Assembly (NCBI RefSeq): GCF_009914755.1
Contig: NC_060936.1
From: the human T2T-CHM13v2.0 reference genome, Homo sapiens
Direction: 5' to 3' (one strand)
Length of the DNA stretch: 64,000 nt
Under the pieces are notes generated by a model. The model did not search any database and was not told the origin of the DNA. It worked only from the letters and a program-made list of their open reading frames with translations. Below, piece by piece: positions 42,801 to 56,774 of the stretch. A program made the position numbers and the translations under genes. Position 1 is the first letter of the stretch, and each line of letters starts with the position of its first letter.

Positions 42801-45359
42801 TGTGGAGGGTGAGGGAAAGGGCCATCTGGTTTCCTTTCTTTTCTCAATTTCCTGAAGATCTGGAAGGGCAGGGAAGAACCCCACCCTCCCATTCATGAAA
42901 TGGAGGCTCCCTCTCTTTTTCACATCCTCCCCTTCCTACTTCTTTATGTCTACTTCTCCCTTACCCCTCTCTCTAAGCCTCTGAGGGAATGAAATACTTC
43001 TATCCACTGGGTTTCTGTCTATCTCTGCCTATTTCTGCTCTTCATTTTTGTTTTTGTTTTTCTGCTACAATGATACTACCTGGATTTATAATATCTTTAT
43101 CCTATTTAAAGCATTACTGTAAAATATTTACACTCAAAATTTGATACCTATTCTTTCTCTCTCTCTCTTTCTCTCCTCTTGTTTGCAAATTTGTCCCTCT
43201 TCCTATAGATACACTTCAATGCATGGGAGACTTACATCCTGTGAATTCTTTCTGTATGAAGAGCTTATGTTAGTGGCAAATAGTGTGATTATGCAAAATA
43301 CACACATTCAATTCAACATTCATTCCTGGCTTCGTGGTTTTAAAGAAGTCTTGCATAAAGAAAATATCAACTGACAGCACAATAAGCCTTAATTGATTTT
43401 GACTTCATGTAGTATCAGATCTGCCATGTCCAGAATGGACAGACAATACAAGTGATGTAACTATAATGATGGCAAAGTCTGAAAGGAAACTCACTGTGTT
43501 AGTTTGTGTGTAGGTGTGTGAAGAGGGGGTTACCAAGAAATACAGTCACTTAAAACTTTCAAATAGCAAGCCTTTGTTTTAGCATTAGATTCTCAAAGTT
43601 TGTGTTTGTAAAGCATGATTGATCCAAAGGGCTTGCCCTCAACCTCATCTATTTGCATAAATGATAGGAAAATTCAGGTCTTTGCAAATCAGAATAAATT
43701 CTTCACCTCACTGCGCCTCTATGAGAGAACAACAAATATACTGAAAATGAAAATGACCATGAATTAAGAAATTCCCCATGGCATTTACCCCCTTTAGTAA
43801 TATTATCACAAAAAATAACTTAAATAACCTGAGTCCAAGTATTTTCCCAATAAACAGGATAAAGAAATGTTATCCAAATCCAGAACATTATGAAAATATC
43901 AGAAACACCTATGCACTTCACTCTCTCTGGCCTCATCGAGGCAATGACACACGATCAATTTGAAAAAAAAAATCCACCACACGACTGGACTGTTGTTTTG
44001 AAGCTTTTATTTCTGTTTTTATTTTCTTCAAATATCTCATGAAAAGGATAAGTTAAGATAAAAAATGAGGGCAGTACATTTGTATTTTTAAAAATCTGTG
44101 GAACATCCAATATCTGTTCTGCATAAACATATTGGACTGTTGTCTCGGACGTTTCACCCGGAAAAACATGAGCATGCCTCACATTACAAATGCTGTTCAA
44201 ATATTTTCCAGACACATAAAAGAGAAAATATCATCACAAGTAATGAAAGTGAATCAGGGGAAAAAAAAAAGGGAGTATGGCATTTGGACAGACCCAGTGA
44301 GAACACAGAGAGGGAGAGACAAGGAAGGAAAAAAGATCTTAAACACAGATGTAGGCAATTGATCATATAGAGATTCTCTTCTAAGCTTAGTTTTCATATC
44401 ATGTTTTGAGTCTGCTTTATCATTTGTCTTCAGCCATACTGGGCCTCCATGCCTTTCTTTTGTCTCAGAAATATTTGTAAAGGAATTTTTGTAAAATATA
44501 CCCAGAAATAATTGGTAAAAGAATAAAAAGTGTTTCTGAAATTCAGAAAATTTGATTGAATTAAATATTTTGGGAGCCTGAGAAGAAGAAAGGCTTACTT
44601 AATTAAAATTCATTTTTGGAGGATTTCCTTGGGAAAGTTGTCTGTGTGATGATGCTGGAAGTATGAAATACACTCTAATCTACCTTGCAGAAGTTCTATG
44701 ACATGCAGATAAAGTTGGTGAAGCATACATATAGCAATGTAAAATATATACCTGTGCATGCACGCACACACACCAGCCTTATAAATACCCAGAATGATAG
44801 GCCTAGCTTATTTAAGTCAATGAGAGAAAATACTTTAGTCTATTAAATATGTATGTTACAATTTCAGATAAATGGTACCTTTTATCTTACAAAAAGGAAC
44901 TTTTCTCTCCCAAATTATTAAATCAGTGTTTAAAACTATTAGAAAAGCAATGCTTAGCCAAAGTGCTATCCCACTTACCATTTGAAAAAAAAGTTACCAG
45001 GTATTTATCCACCTAAATTATGTTAACTCCTTAATTTAGACCAAAGTATCAGTTGTAAGCATGTTTCCAGTGGCTGCCTAGCCTGCCACACTCCTTTGAC
45101 AAATGACCCCTCCTAACCCTGCTCACGCTGTGGCCCCTGGCAGCCATGTCTGCATTTTTTGACACCACATCTCAAGCCATAGCTGATCAGGTACTTACCT
45201 AACCCAGGCTGTCCTGGCAATCTGCAACTCAGATGCAGGAATGTTCATTAGCTCATGAGAGTGTTATCAGTCAAGCATGAGCATAGGAAAGCACAGCATA
45301 AGGATGCCCAGAGAGAAAAAAAGAGTATGTAGTGGAAGCCATGTAGTCTCTCTCCTTCC

Positions 45360-45366
<7 letters not shown>

Positions 45367-45390
<24 letters not shown>

Positions 45391-45455
45391 GCACACACAC
45401 GAACACATGCACACACACACATGCGCACACACGCACACACGCACACATGCACACA
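45367..45455. repeat. Imperfect (CA)n/(CACG)n repeat
   Basis: Alternating purine-pyrimidine tract of ~90 bp. Confidence 0.9.
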
Positions 45456-45902
45456 TGGGCACCGCTGGGCTTTCTACCTCAGGGTCTTTATGCCCATAGC
45501 ATACATCTCCTTTATTGATTGAAGCTGCTTGCAATGGCTTTCTGTTACTTATAACAACAACAGAATCATTGATCAAGAAAAATGGAAAGAAGGAAGAGAG
45601 AGATACTGGAGCAGGTAAGCTCAGTATGGTGAGAATATGCACAAATAGAAACCCTTTAAGAAAAGACGGGAGGAAATTCTGTATCTATGACCCTCTAGGC
45701 CTTCAAGGGTGAAGACAGACTCCCAGAAACCTATTCTTCCCTATTCTCTTCCTTTCCCCAGCACTCATGGACTGGTCCCAACTATCTGCCTGGAATCCAG
45801 GAATAATCTCATATGTCCTCTCTCCATGATTATGTCAGCTACTACAAAACCTCCCAGGTCACCCTCCTCTCCTATCCTTTAAGTCCCAAGAGCTCCCTAG
45901 CT

Positions 45903-46082
45903 CAGTGGTTCTCAGGCTTTAGTGTTTATCTGAATCACCTGAAGGGTTTGTTAAAAAAACAGTTTGCTGGGCCAGAATTCGTTTCTCATTCTGTAGGCAT
46001 GAAGTCAGGCCTGAGGATGTGAATTTTTTCTAACATGTTCCCAAGTGATGTTGATGTTTGTGGTCCCAGTGAAAAACCACTG
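45903..46082. mobile_element. MER5A (hAT-Charlie)
   Basis: CAGTGGTTCTCA...GAATCACCTG...TTCCCAAGTGATG...AACCACTG inverted termini. Confidence 0.82.
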
Positions 46083-46239
46083 CCTTATTCAGTTCACTCC
46101 TCCCCAAGTCCTAAAACTCATCTACTGTGCTCTCTGAATTCAGAGTCTGTTGAAGGCAAAATCCCCCATAGCTTCATCCTCTTTCACCTTTTTGCTCTAA
46201 GGAGAAGTCGACTCCTCCCCAAGGTCACATTTTCCCAAC

Positions 46240-48270
46240 AGCCTCTCTAATGGTGGCTGCTTTTCCTCCCAGCTCTATACCAAAGACCTGAAGGTGGGGT
46301 AGACGTTGTCCTGTGTCCTCATTGCTGCTTTCAGACCTTTCTCTCTACCTCCTTCCTAAAAACAACCAACCACGAATCTTAGGCTATCACATGATGTCAA
46401 CCCTTCCCCTCATCGTTGCTGCCAGTTATGGATTCCTGGGATCTTTCCTTTGATTTCTTGGTGATAGAAGACTCAAGTTCAGTCTCTCTACTAATATCCC
46501 CGCCTTAATTATTGTAGATTTCAATGGATGTACATATGATCTTTCTACACTTTGGCCTTGAGTTCCTTAACTATCCCTCTTCCACAGATCTTGTCTTTCA
46601 CCTTATTAGGTACTATTTTGTGGTCATACCCCGGACCCCTTCATAACCGATATTTCAAACATTCTACTCTCTGACCGCTGTGTCTTACCTTTTCAGTCCA
46701 CTCTCTCTAGTATTAGGGCCTCAACAGTCCCTTGACCCTAATAGGACCTCTGATCTTTTCATTTTACCTTCTTTTTATTGACCTCACATTCTTCCAGATT
46801 AAATTTTATGGTTAATTGTTGTAGTCACTCCCTTGAAAACACCCTCCATTCCCATGCTCCTGCCTCATTGTCTCACTCACTTGGCAGATCCACAATCCTG
46901 GTTAAATCCAACTCTCTGCCTACTCTGTGTCTGCAACCCTGAAGCTAAAACTGTCTGGAGAAAAACTCACAGCCACACAGACTTTAAATTAGAAGTGGGC
47001 CCTTAATTCTGCAAGGCAATCATACTAGATGTTTTTAAAAATTCATTCTCCCACACCCTTGATAAGGATTTAAAATACTTTTCTCTTTTCAAATCCCAAT
47101 AAGAAAATTGGAACATTCACAGGAGGATCTACAGAGATTATCATCACCACTTCAATCCATCTGCTGCACCTGCCCCTGCACACTTTGACCTCCTGCTGAG
47201 TAGGAGGTCATGGTAATGGGTGGACAATCCATGTCCCTATCTCAAGTCAACCCCTCTGCTGTGCGCTAGAACTCATCTTCTCTCACTGGATTGCTTGAGA
47301 AATTCTCCCTTTCTATATTATATTATCCATCTTCTCCACTGTATCATCACACAAAAATGATGTTACTTCTCTCAAAGTAAAAAACTTTCTCTTGATCTAT
47401 CTTTTCCCACCAGCTTGCTGCCCCATTTTGTTGCTTCTATTTGCAGCAAACTGCTTAAAAAATTTATCCATAGTCAGATCTCCAATTTGTCCCTCCGTAT
47501 TCTCTCTTTAACCCACTTCAATCAGGCCTTTGCCCACATCGCTCCAGCAAATCTGCTTCCCTGAAGCTCACCTGGATCACCATGCATCATGATGAAATCT
47601 CTGCTTTAATCTTAGCCTATCAATAGCATTTGAATCACCCATCTTTCTTATTTTCTTCACTCCTATTCCAGGCACCACACTTTCTTGGATTTCTTCCTAC
47701 TTTACTGAAAGCTCTTTCTGGGTTTCCATTTTGGTTCTTTCTCTTCTCCTTCCTCTTTTCATGGGGAGCCCCATGGCTCAGCCCTTGGAACTCCTTTCTT
47801 TTTGTTCCACTGTCACTCTCTTGGTGATCTTATTCAGCCTCATGGCTTGAAATATTATATATACATGTGTTTATAGTGCTATGGAAAAAACCTCTGTCTC
47901 AAATTCTAGACTACTCTGGTCAAACATCTATCAGACACATCACACTCAGTTTTCTAAGACTGAACTCCTCAACTCGCCTTCCTCCTGCCCCACCTAAGTG
48001 CTTTACTAACTGCTTTCCCTTCTCAGCTGATGGCAACTCCATCTTTCCAGATGCTTCATCAAAATTTTGTGTTTGATTCTTTTAAGTCTTTCAGACCCCA
48101 CATAAAATGAAATTCTGTGCTCAACCTTCAAAAATATCCATGATCTAACCTCTTCTTTCTACTGCTACCACCAGATTACTGTCATCATTTACCTCGATTA
48201 GTTGGCTTTCTGATATATCTCATGCTACTGCCCTGTTTCCTAAACTCTAGCCCCCCCAAATAGCATCCAG
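46240..48270 (+). mobile_element. Long L2 ORF2 remnant
   Basis: Segments such as GATTTCAAT (endonuclease DFN), CAATCCTGGTTAAATCCAACTCTCTGCCTACTC, CCCACTTCAATCAGGC and CAGCTGATGGCAACTCCATC are typical of L2. Confidence 0.75.
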
Positions 48271-48394
48271 GACCCTAGTAGCTGGAGAAATGTGGACCCA
48301 GGATGCAGTGCCCCAAGAGAAGACTATGGCAAGGAGGAGTCTGGGTCTAGCGAGGGCTGCTGAGAGCTTCATTCCATACCATTGAACACTTTGA

Positions 48395-48830
<436 letters not shown>

Positions 48831-49582
48831 ATATATAATATATATATATAATATTTATATATATTATATTTATATATATTATATATAAATATAATATAAT
48901 ATATAAATAATATATATTTATATATAATATGTAATATATATTATATAATAATATGTAAATAATATATATAATATATATATTTCATATATATTATATAATA
49001 TATATTACATAATACTATATATTTTATATATAATATAATATATATTATATATAAAATATATATATATTATTATATATATATATAATAATATAATATATAT
49101 TATATATAAAATATATATTTTATATATATTATATAATAAATATAATATATTATATATATTATATAATATATAATATAATATATATTTTATAATATATTAT
49201 ATAATATAATATATATTTTATAATATATTATATAATATAATATATATTTTATAATATATTATATAATATAATATATATTTTATATATAGTTTATAATATA
49301 TTATATAATATATAATATATATATTTTATATATAGTTTATAATATATAATATAATATAATATATAATATATATATTTTATATAATATAATATAATATATA
49401 ATATATATATTTTATATAATATAATATAATATAATATATTATATATATTTTATATATATAATATAATATAATATATATAAAATATATATAATATATTATT
49501 ATATATTATATAATAATATATTATTATATATAATATATATATTTTATATATGGAAGAGTAAATATTATATATATATATTTAA
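48831..49582. repeat. ~750-bp (TA)-rich low-complexity/minisatellite tract
   Basis: Almost exclusively A/T; includes a 31-bp unit TAATATAATATATATTTTATAATATATTATA x~3.6 from 49171. Confidence 0.97.
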
Positions 49583-50029
49583 TGACAGGGATCTTTTTTT
49601 TTTCTTTTCAATCTAGTACCTACAAACTCAGTAAATGCTCAATAAGTTGTTACAATTAATTTCAGTAGGAGTAGCCATTATGGAAAATCCAACCCAAATG
49701 TTAGAAATGACCATTTTCCACTGCCTTGGAAAGCAGGATTATCCTCCTGGTTTTTTCTTCTTTATCTGTGTGGGATAATGACAGTATTGGTTCAACACCT
49801 TTCTAAGCAGTGAACTGTATAATTCCCATGCTTCAGTGTGTTTGACATAGTCAAATTCTACTGCTTAAAAATAAATACAAGCGATAAAATTATGCTCCAA
49901 AAACAAAACAAAAAGAGCAGCCAGAGTAATTCTTTTAAAATAAAAGTAAGATTGTATCACTGTTCTATGTAAAACCTTGTAATGACTCCCCACTTTTCTC
50001 ATAGTAAAACCGATATTCCTATTATGACC

Positions 50030-50913
50030 TGGGGTAGCCAGTTTCTAATATGGTCTTCAATGATCCCAGACCCCTGGAACTTGATATGTAATTTCCTTGC
50101 ACATTGAATGGCCCTTACCTGTGTAAATAATTGGATATTGAAGAAATGATAATGTGTGCCTTCTGAGGCTGGATTGCAAAGTACGTTATATCATTGGCCT
50201 CTTTTTCTTGGATCAGTTTTTCAGAGAAAACCATGTACATTTTGTGAGAATACTCAAGCAGCCCCATGGACCTGTCCAAATAGCAAGGAACTGAAGCCCT
50301 CTGACAAGAACCATGTGAATGAACCATCCTAGAAGGAGATCCTCCAGCCCCAGTCAAATCTCCAAATAACTTCCCCCACAGTCAATATTACAACTGCATC
50401 CTCATGGGAGACCCTGAGCTAGAACCACCAGTAAGCCCCTTCCAAATTCTGAAACCTTAGGAATTGTGTGAGATAATAAATATTTACTACTATTTAAGCT
50501 TTCTAAAAGACATAAAAAAGAATAAAATCATGTCCTTTGCAGTAATATGAATGTAGCTGGAGGCCATCATCCTAAGTGAAGATGGAAGAGAAAACCAAAT
50601 ACAGCATGTTCTCACTTATCAGTGGGAGCTAAACATTAGGGACATATGGACATAAAGATGGCAACAGTGGACACTGGGGGCCACTGGAGTGGGGAGAGGG
50701 GGAGGGGAACAAAGGCTGAAAAACAACCAATTGGGTACTATGCCCACTACCTGGGTGATGAGATCATTCACACCCAAAGCCTCAGCATTGTGAAATATAC
50801 CCATGTAATAAACCTGCACATGTACCCCTGAATCTAAAGTTGACATTATATTAAAAAAAGAAAGCTGCTAAAGTGTGGGATCGTTTGTTATACAGCAATA
50901 GCTAATTAATACA
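50030..50913 (+). mobile_element. MLT1F-like MaLR solo LTR interrupted by an L1 3' end
   Basis: TGGGGTAGCCAG...GGAACTGAAGCCC...GATCCTCCAGCCCCAGTCAA...GCAATAGCTAATTAATACA; TSD TGACC/TGACT. Confidence 0.82.
50507..50862 (+). mobile_element. L1PA15/16-like short 3' end
   Basis: AAAATCATGTCCTTTGCAG...AAACCTGCACATGTACCCCTGAATCTAAA, then an A-rich tail. Confidence 0.88.
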
Positions 50914-52177
50914 TGACTTTTACATTTGCATAATATACACCAGTCCTCTAGCTCTTGGGCCTCATCTCCTACTACTCTCATCCTGATTCATTCAGTTCCA
51001 GCCATGGTGGTCTCCTGGCAATTCCTAGAACATGCCAGGTACTTACTCAACTTGGGCATTTGCTCTAGCTGCTCTCTGTGTATGAAGTAACTCAATTCTC
51101 TAGGTATCTTCCTGGCTAGTTCCTTAGCCCTTTTTTAAGTGTTCCTTTAAATCTCATCTTCCCAGTAAGGCTCACCTGGCCAACATGGTATAAAACAACC
51201 TATATTAATGTACTCTATAATTAAGGGATTTAGTATATATTATTTTTGTTTGTTCCTTTCATGGCTTGACACTCAAAGATTTCACTAGGATTTTTAAAAC
51301 TCTCAAGCACCTTAAGGATAATCTTTGTTTAGAGGTTGTGAACTCGTTGTTACTGGAAGGCAGACACTGGAACAAGAACTGAGCATCCAAATTTTACCTA
51401 GGTGGCTTTACCAGGTGATTTTAAAAATCATATTTAGCCTGAGATTTTAGAAGACTGGTCATGGAGAATAAAATGGAAAAGAGTTATAAGCAACAAAAGT
51501 CCAATTAAACTGAATTTAGAAAAAAAAGTATGAAGTTGCTTATCTCAATCTAGAATTTAAAAAGTTTACCTCCGTCTCCATCATCTTTTCCCTCATACTT
51601 AATTTTATTTGCAGTCAGATTTGCCCTTCATTGTGGCCCTCAGCTGTTCCAGTCTTAACTAGTGGTTCAAAAAAAGAAAAAAAAGGAAAAGAAAAAAGAA
51701 AAGAAAACAACAACAAAACCCCAAACCTCGGAAACTGAGTCTCTTAGCTGTCACTGGCCAGGCTTTGGATCCGTGCCACTTAAAGTACATGTATGGAAAA
51801 TGGAACAGAATTTTCCAAAGAAAATTTGTGTGTATTCACTAAAAGAAGGTAGAATGGAAGCTGGAAAGACAAAAACAACAATTGTCTGCTGTAATACACA
51901 ATAACAACAACAACAAATAAACACTATGATATGTCTTCATAGGCAATTTGAAAACAGATTTTAATTGAAAGAGGAGAAAAAGCTGAGCATCTGATTAATC
52001 TCCTTCTTAGTCATGGCTTTGTCCTTTCATTTAGTGAAATGAAATGATTGGTGAATTTTTTTTGTGCCATCACCCAAAGGAACATGTATAAGTAGTAAAC
52101 AAAACACATTAAATATCATTTATATAGTAATATGTCCAACTCTTATTGTCATTCATCTGGTAGTGTTTGGATAGTTT

Positions 52178-52335
52178 TGCATGATGGTTAGAACATGGGT
52201 TTTAGAATCAGAAAGATTGGAGTTCAAGCCCCCTCTATTTCACTAATTGAATGGACAAATGAACCTCTCAGCCTCTACGATGTGGAAAATAACACCACCC
52301 CACAAGACTGTTGTGATAATTAAATAAAATATAGA
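52178..52335 (+). mobile_element. MIR
   Basis: GGTTAGAACATGGGTTTTAGAATCAGA..GGAGTTCAAGCCC...GTTGTGATAATTAAAT. Confidence 0.65.
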
Positions 52336-52337
52336 GA

Positions 52338-52800
52338 TGTTTCAGTTTGGTTTTCACTCAAAGCAGAGTCTGAGACAGGATAGTTAGTTAGGGAGGTGCT
52401 CCCAGGAGGCAAGAGTGAGAGAATGGTTAGAGTGAGCCAGAGAAGGAGGAATAACAAATGTAAGGATGTAATATTGTGGTTGCTGATGTAGGCATTTGTG
52501 GCTTTATTTAGCTAGCATTTCAGAGAAGCAAACAGAATGCATCCCAGAATTGTCTTACTGAAGGATGGGAGTCTGGGGCTCTTCTTCTTTACTGAGGGTT
52601 TCCCACGGGGATGTTCCCTTCTTTGCATTTTCCAAATGTTCCTATACAGGAATGCAGCAGACTCCTGTGGCTTCAGCGAAACCATGTTTTTCTCTGAGGG
52701 ACAGTCTATATCTGTTTACTCTAGTAATGGCTGTGGCTTCCTGGTGGCCTGACATCTTTTTGGGGGATGAACTCCTAAAAGGTATGAGGGTGTAAGAACC
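52338..52800 (-). mobile_element. LTR16/LTR33-like ERV-L LTR
   Basis: AAAGCAGAGTCTGAGACAGG...GGGAGGTGCTCCCAGGAGGCA, typical of the antisense LTR16 family. Confidence 0.6.
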
Positions 52801-54063
52801 TCAGGAACAGTCTGGTCTTGATGCCCTTTTGAGATGAATGAATTATATCCAATGGTTTCTTCTGTTTTTGGTCAAGTATCAGAGTCCCAGAAGAGGCCAT
52901 CTCATTAGACAGGGTTAGGTCATGTTTTCACCTCTTCTTCAGCTGGGGTGACATGGAGAATTATTTGCCTATTCTATTACAAGTGATTCCATTACAGGAG
53001 ATTAAACTTTATATAATAGCAGATTATTATTTTGTAGTTAAATATTTTTCCTCTACACAAAATATTTAAATAATATTCACCACTCCCATTTAAGTAGTTT
53101 GAACACTATAATGCAATTTTTCTTCATGGATGAGTGAACACTACAGCTTGTCACTCTAAAAATGATCAAGCTGCTTAATACCTAATTAAAACAGAAGTAA
53201 CTTGCTAATATCTTCATGCTTAATCAATTAAATCCTAATAAGAAAAATAATGTTATTTAGATCAAAAGAAAATAACTAAAAAATAACCTATCAGCTCATT
53301 AGTGAAGTGTTGTTGTTTTTTTTAACCATGAGCAAAAAAAATCTTCTGTCTCAGAGCACTGGCTGGTTCTTTGAAATTTTTGCCCTATCTTTCCCCTTCC
53401 CCTTTCCTCTCTACTTCTTCTATCATACTGCTTTCAATAGACAAGACATTTGGAGAGAATGATGACTGTAGTAGCTTTTCTCCTTTTCCCTCCCCTAGGT
53501 TTTAGAGAAATTCTCATACTATTGCTATGCTTTTAAGCTCTCTTCAGTTAATGCAAGAAAGCATCATCTTTAAATACTAAACCATCATTAACAAGTAAAA
53601 CATCTATAGCTAACAGGTAATTGGAGATTAAGTGGAAGGTTCTAGGAGGACCTTCCTTCTTGATACAAACTTAATTGGAGCATAGATATTGAGAAATATG
53701 GAAAAATATATTTTAATCATGGGAAGGGCAACCCTTTGGAATTCCCATTCTCTTTCATTATTTCTGTATATGGATACTGAGGGACGAAGCTTGGCAACTC
53801 AACATCTTGTTTTATAGTTGTGTTTAAAACAGAAAACAAAAGCTGGCAATAATTTTTGGGCAATAGATCTCCTTATTATACTCTCTTAGTAGGTCCTCAG
53901 TTAAATTTTGTCTTTTATTTTACCATGTACAAAGTTGTGTGTCAAGGCACTGGCTGGTTCTTTGAAACTTTTGCCCTATCTCTCCCCCTCCTCCTTCTTT
54001 CTCTACACCCTTCTCCTGTGCAGTTATAGCCCAAAGTTAGGTGTTCTGGGGTAGGAATACTAA

Positions 54064-54523
<460 letters not shown>

Positions 54524-55188
54524 CCAAGAGATGCTTTCATGTATGTTTTGCTTACTGACAACAACTGACTGATGTACCATGTCAATTATCAAGGATTATT
54601 TTTAAGTCCTTATTATTAGAAAAGGAACAAAGTCATTATGTAATCTAATCTGACCTCTTAATTCAATGCACTACTTATCTCTTGGTTTAGCTGCTGTCAA
54701 CTATTTCAATGTGAATTGCTATTTTCAGTTTGGTTTTACTTTATCAATCCCTACTCTTAAAAAAAATTCTCAAAATGATCTTAAGGAGTCAATTCAAACT
54801 TTTACCTCACTAAAAACTTCTTCCTATTGTTTCAAACTTCCATCTCAAAGTACTGACACATTCAGGGAATAGGCATATAAAAATGCCTTGTTAATAACAG
54901 GATTAAAAAATTTTATTTATCTTTCATTATTAAGTTTTTCCAATTGTCAGGCTCTCCTCCCTTGGACCATATTCTCAGGTTATATTTTTCTGCAGATCTT
55001 TGTCTCCAGATGTCTACAACGACTATCATCATAGAAACTTGTTGCTAGTGAAAGTAGGCTAAATTTATAAGTAAAAAGGAAATATTTTTCCTATTCCTGA
55101 GAACAGACATTTCTGATCTCAAATTTGAGAGAATTAATGTTGCTTAGTTATGGTATTTGAGTCAAATATAGAAATAGGTAATATTTTC

Positions 55189-55382
55189 TTATTAGTATAT
55201 TTAGTATTTAAATTAGTATTAGTATTTAAATGTAAATACTAGTTAGTATTTTAAATATTCACTTAAATACTAATACTAATTATTACTAATACTAATTTAA
55301 TTTAAATCTAGTGTTTAAATACTAATTTAAATTTAAATACAAGTTTTTGAATTAGTATTAGTATATTTAGTATATATTAATA
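55189..55382. repeat. AT-rich tract of nested inverted repeats (TTAGTA/TACTAA/TTTAAA)
   Basis: Perfect 19-bp inverted repeat at 55211-55229 and 55263-55281, plus further inverted copies. Confidence 0.9.
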
Positions 55383-55400
55383 TTTCAATCCCCATAGGTA

Positions 55401-56466
55401 GTTTTTCTGGTTCCTTCTCATTTGGGTAGACTATGTCAGAGGGAAGATCTGGGACTCAAGAGCTGCTGTTCAGATTCTTTTGTCTCACAGGGTGCTTTCT
55501 TGATTGGGTACTCTCTTCTTTCCCCTAGGGATGAGGCTTCCTGAGAGCTGAACTGCAGTGATTATTATTTCTCTTCTGAATCTAGCTGCTCATGAGAGCT
55601 ACTGGGTTCTGGGCTGGTACTGCGGAGTGTCTAAAGAGTCTTGTGATGTGATCAGTCTTTAGGTCTCTCTGCCACGGATACCAGCACCTCCTCTGGTGGA
55701 GGTAGCAGAGGAGTGAAGTGGACTCTGTGAGGGTCCTTGGTTGTGTTTTTGTTAAGTGCGATGGTTTTCTGTTGGTTGGCCTCCAGCCAGGAGGTGTGGC
55801 GGTCTCAAGAGCGCATCAGCTGCAGTAGTAGAGGGAAGATACCAGCTTGCCCAGGGTCAGGTGGTACGTAGGGCCATAGAGCTCCCAAGAGATTATGTCC
55901 TTTGTCTTCAGTTGGGGGGTGGGGTAGAGAAAGACCCCAGGTTGGGGAGGGTTAGGTGTGTCTGAGCTCAGACTCTCCATGGGCAGGTCTTGCTGCGGCT
56001 GCTGTCGGGGATGGGTATGTGTTTCCCAGGCCAATGGAGTTATGTTCCCAGGGGGATTATGGCTGCCTCTGCTGCAGTCATACAGGTCACCAGGGAAGTG
56101 GGAAAAAGCCGGCAGCCACAGGCCTCACCCAACTTCCACATAGTTGAAAGGCCAGTGTCACTCTGACCGTACCCCCACAACAGCACCGAATTTGTTTCCA
56201 GGCAGCCAGTGAGGAGGGCTGAGAACTTGCCCTAGGCAACAAGCCTCCCTACTGAGAAAGCAAATGGACTCACAGTTCTTCGGCCATCCTGCAGCAGCAA
56301 TCCACCTCCTTCAAAGGGTCTGTGGGTTCTCTCGGCTTTCCTGGTATATTCCTGCAGTAGTTCTTGGAGCAAAAGTTTACAATGTGGGTCTCCACATGTT
56401 GCCTTGTCTTTCCCAGTGGGAGCTGCAAGTTAGTCTTGCCTCCTATCCGCCATTTTTGGATCCTCC
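55401..56466 (-). mobile_element. L1PB/L1PBa-type 5'UTR and start of ORF1 only
   Basis: Minus strand starts GGAGGATCCAAAAATGGCGGATAGGAGGC (YY1-type site 56447-56457) and ends at ...GGAACCAGAAAAAC; no ORF2, 3'UTR or poly(A). Confidence 0.85.
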
Positions 56467-56774
56467 CTCATAAGTAGTTCTTTACAAGTGTAAGCCACAA
56501 GTGGTGTTGCTTCTGTGGTATTTGCTATATTGTCTCTATCTTTTCTGTGCCAATGGTCTAAGGATGAGTGGAGAATCATGATTCAGAATTTATTTTTTCC
56601 ATACTTCAACATGGCCCTGTGTGTAGCTTCACATTGTTGAGTCACACTTCTCAAACTCATTTTCTCTGAGCTCGAGGGTAAGAAACTGAGATGTGACATA
56701 ATGAAAACTTCCAACACTATGAATACTACAATAAAATATTTTTAAAGATAAGGGGAGTTATTTGTGCCCCCATA

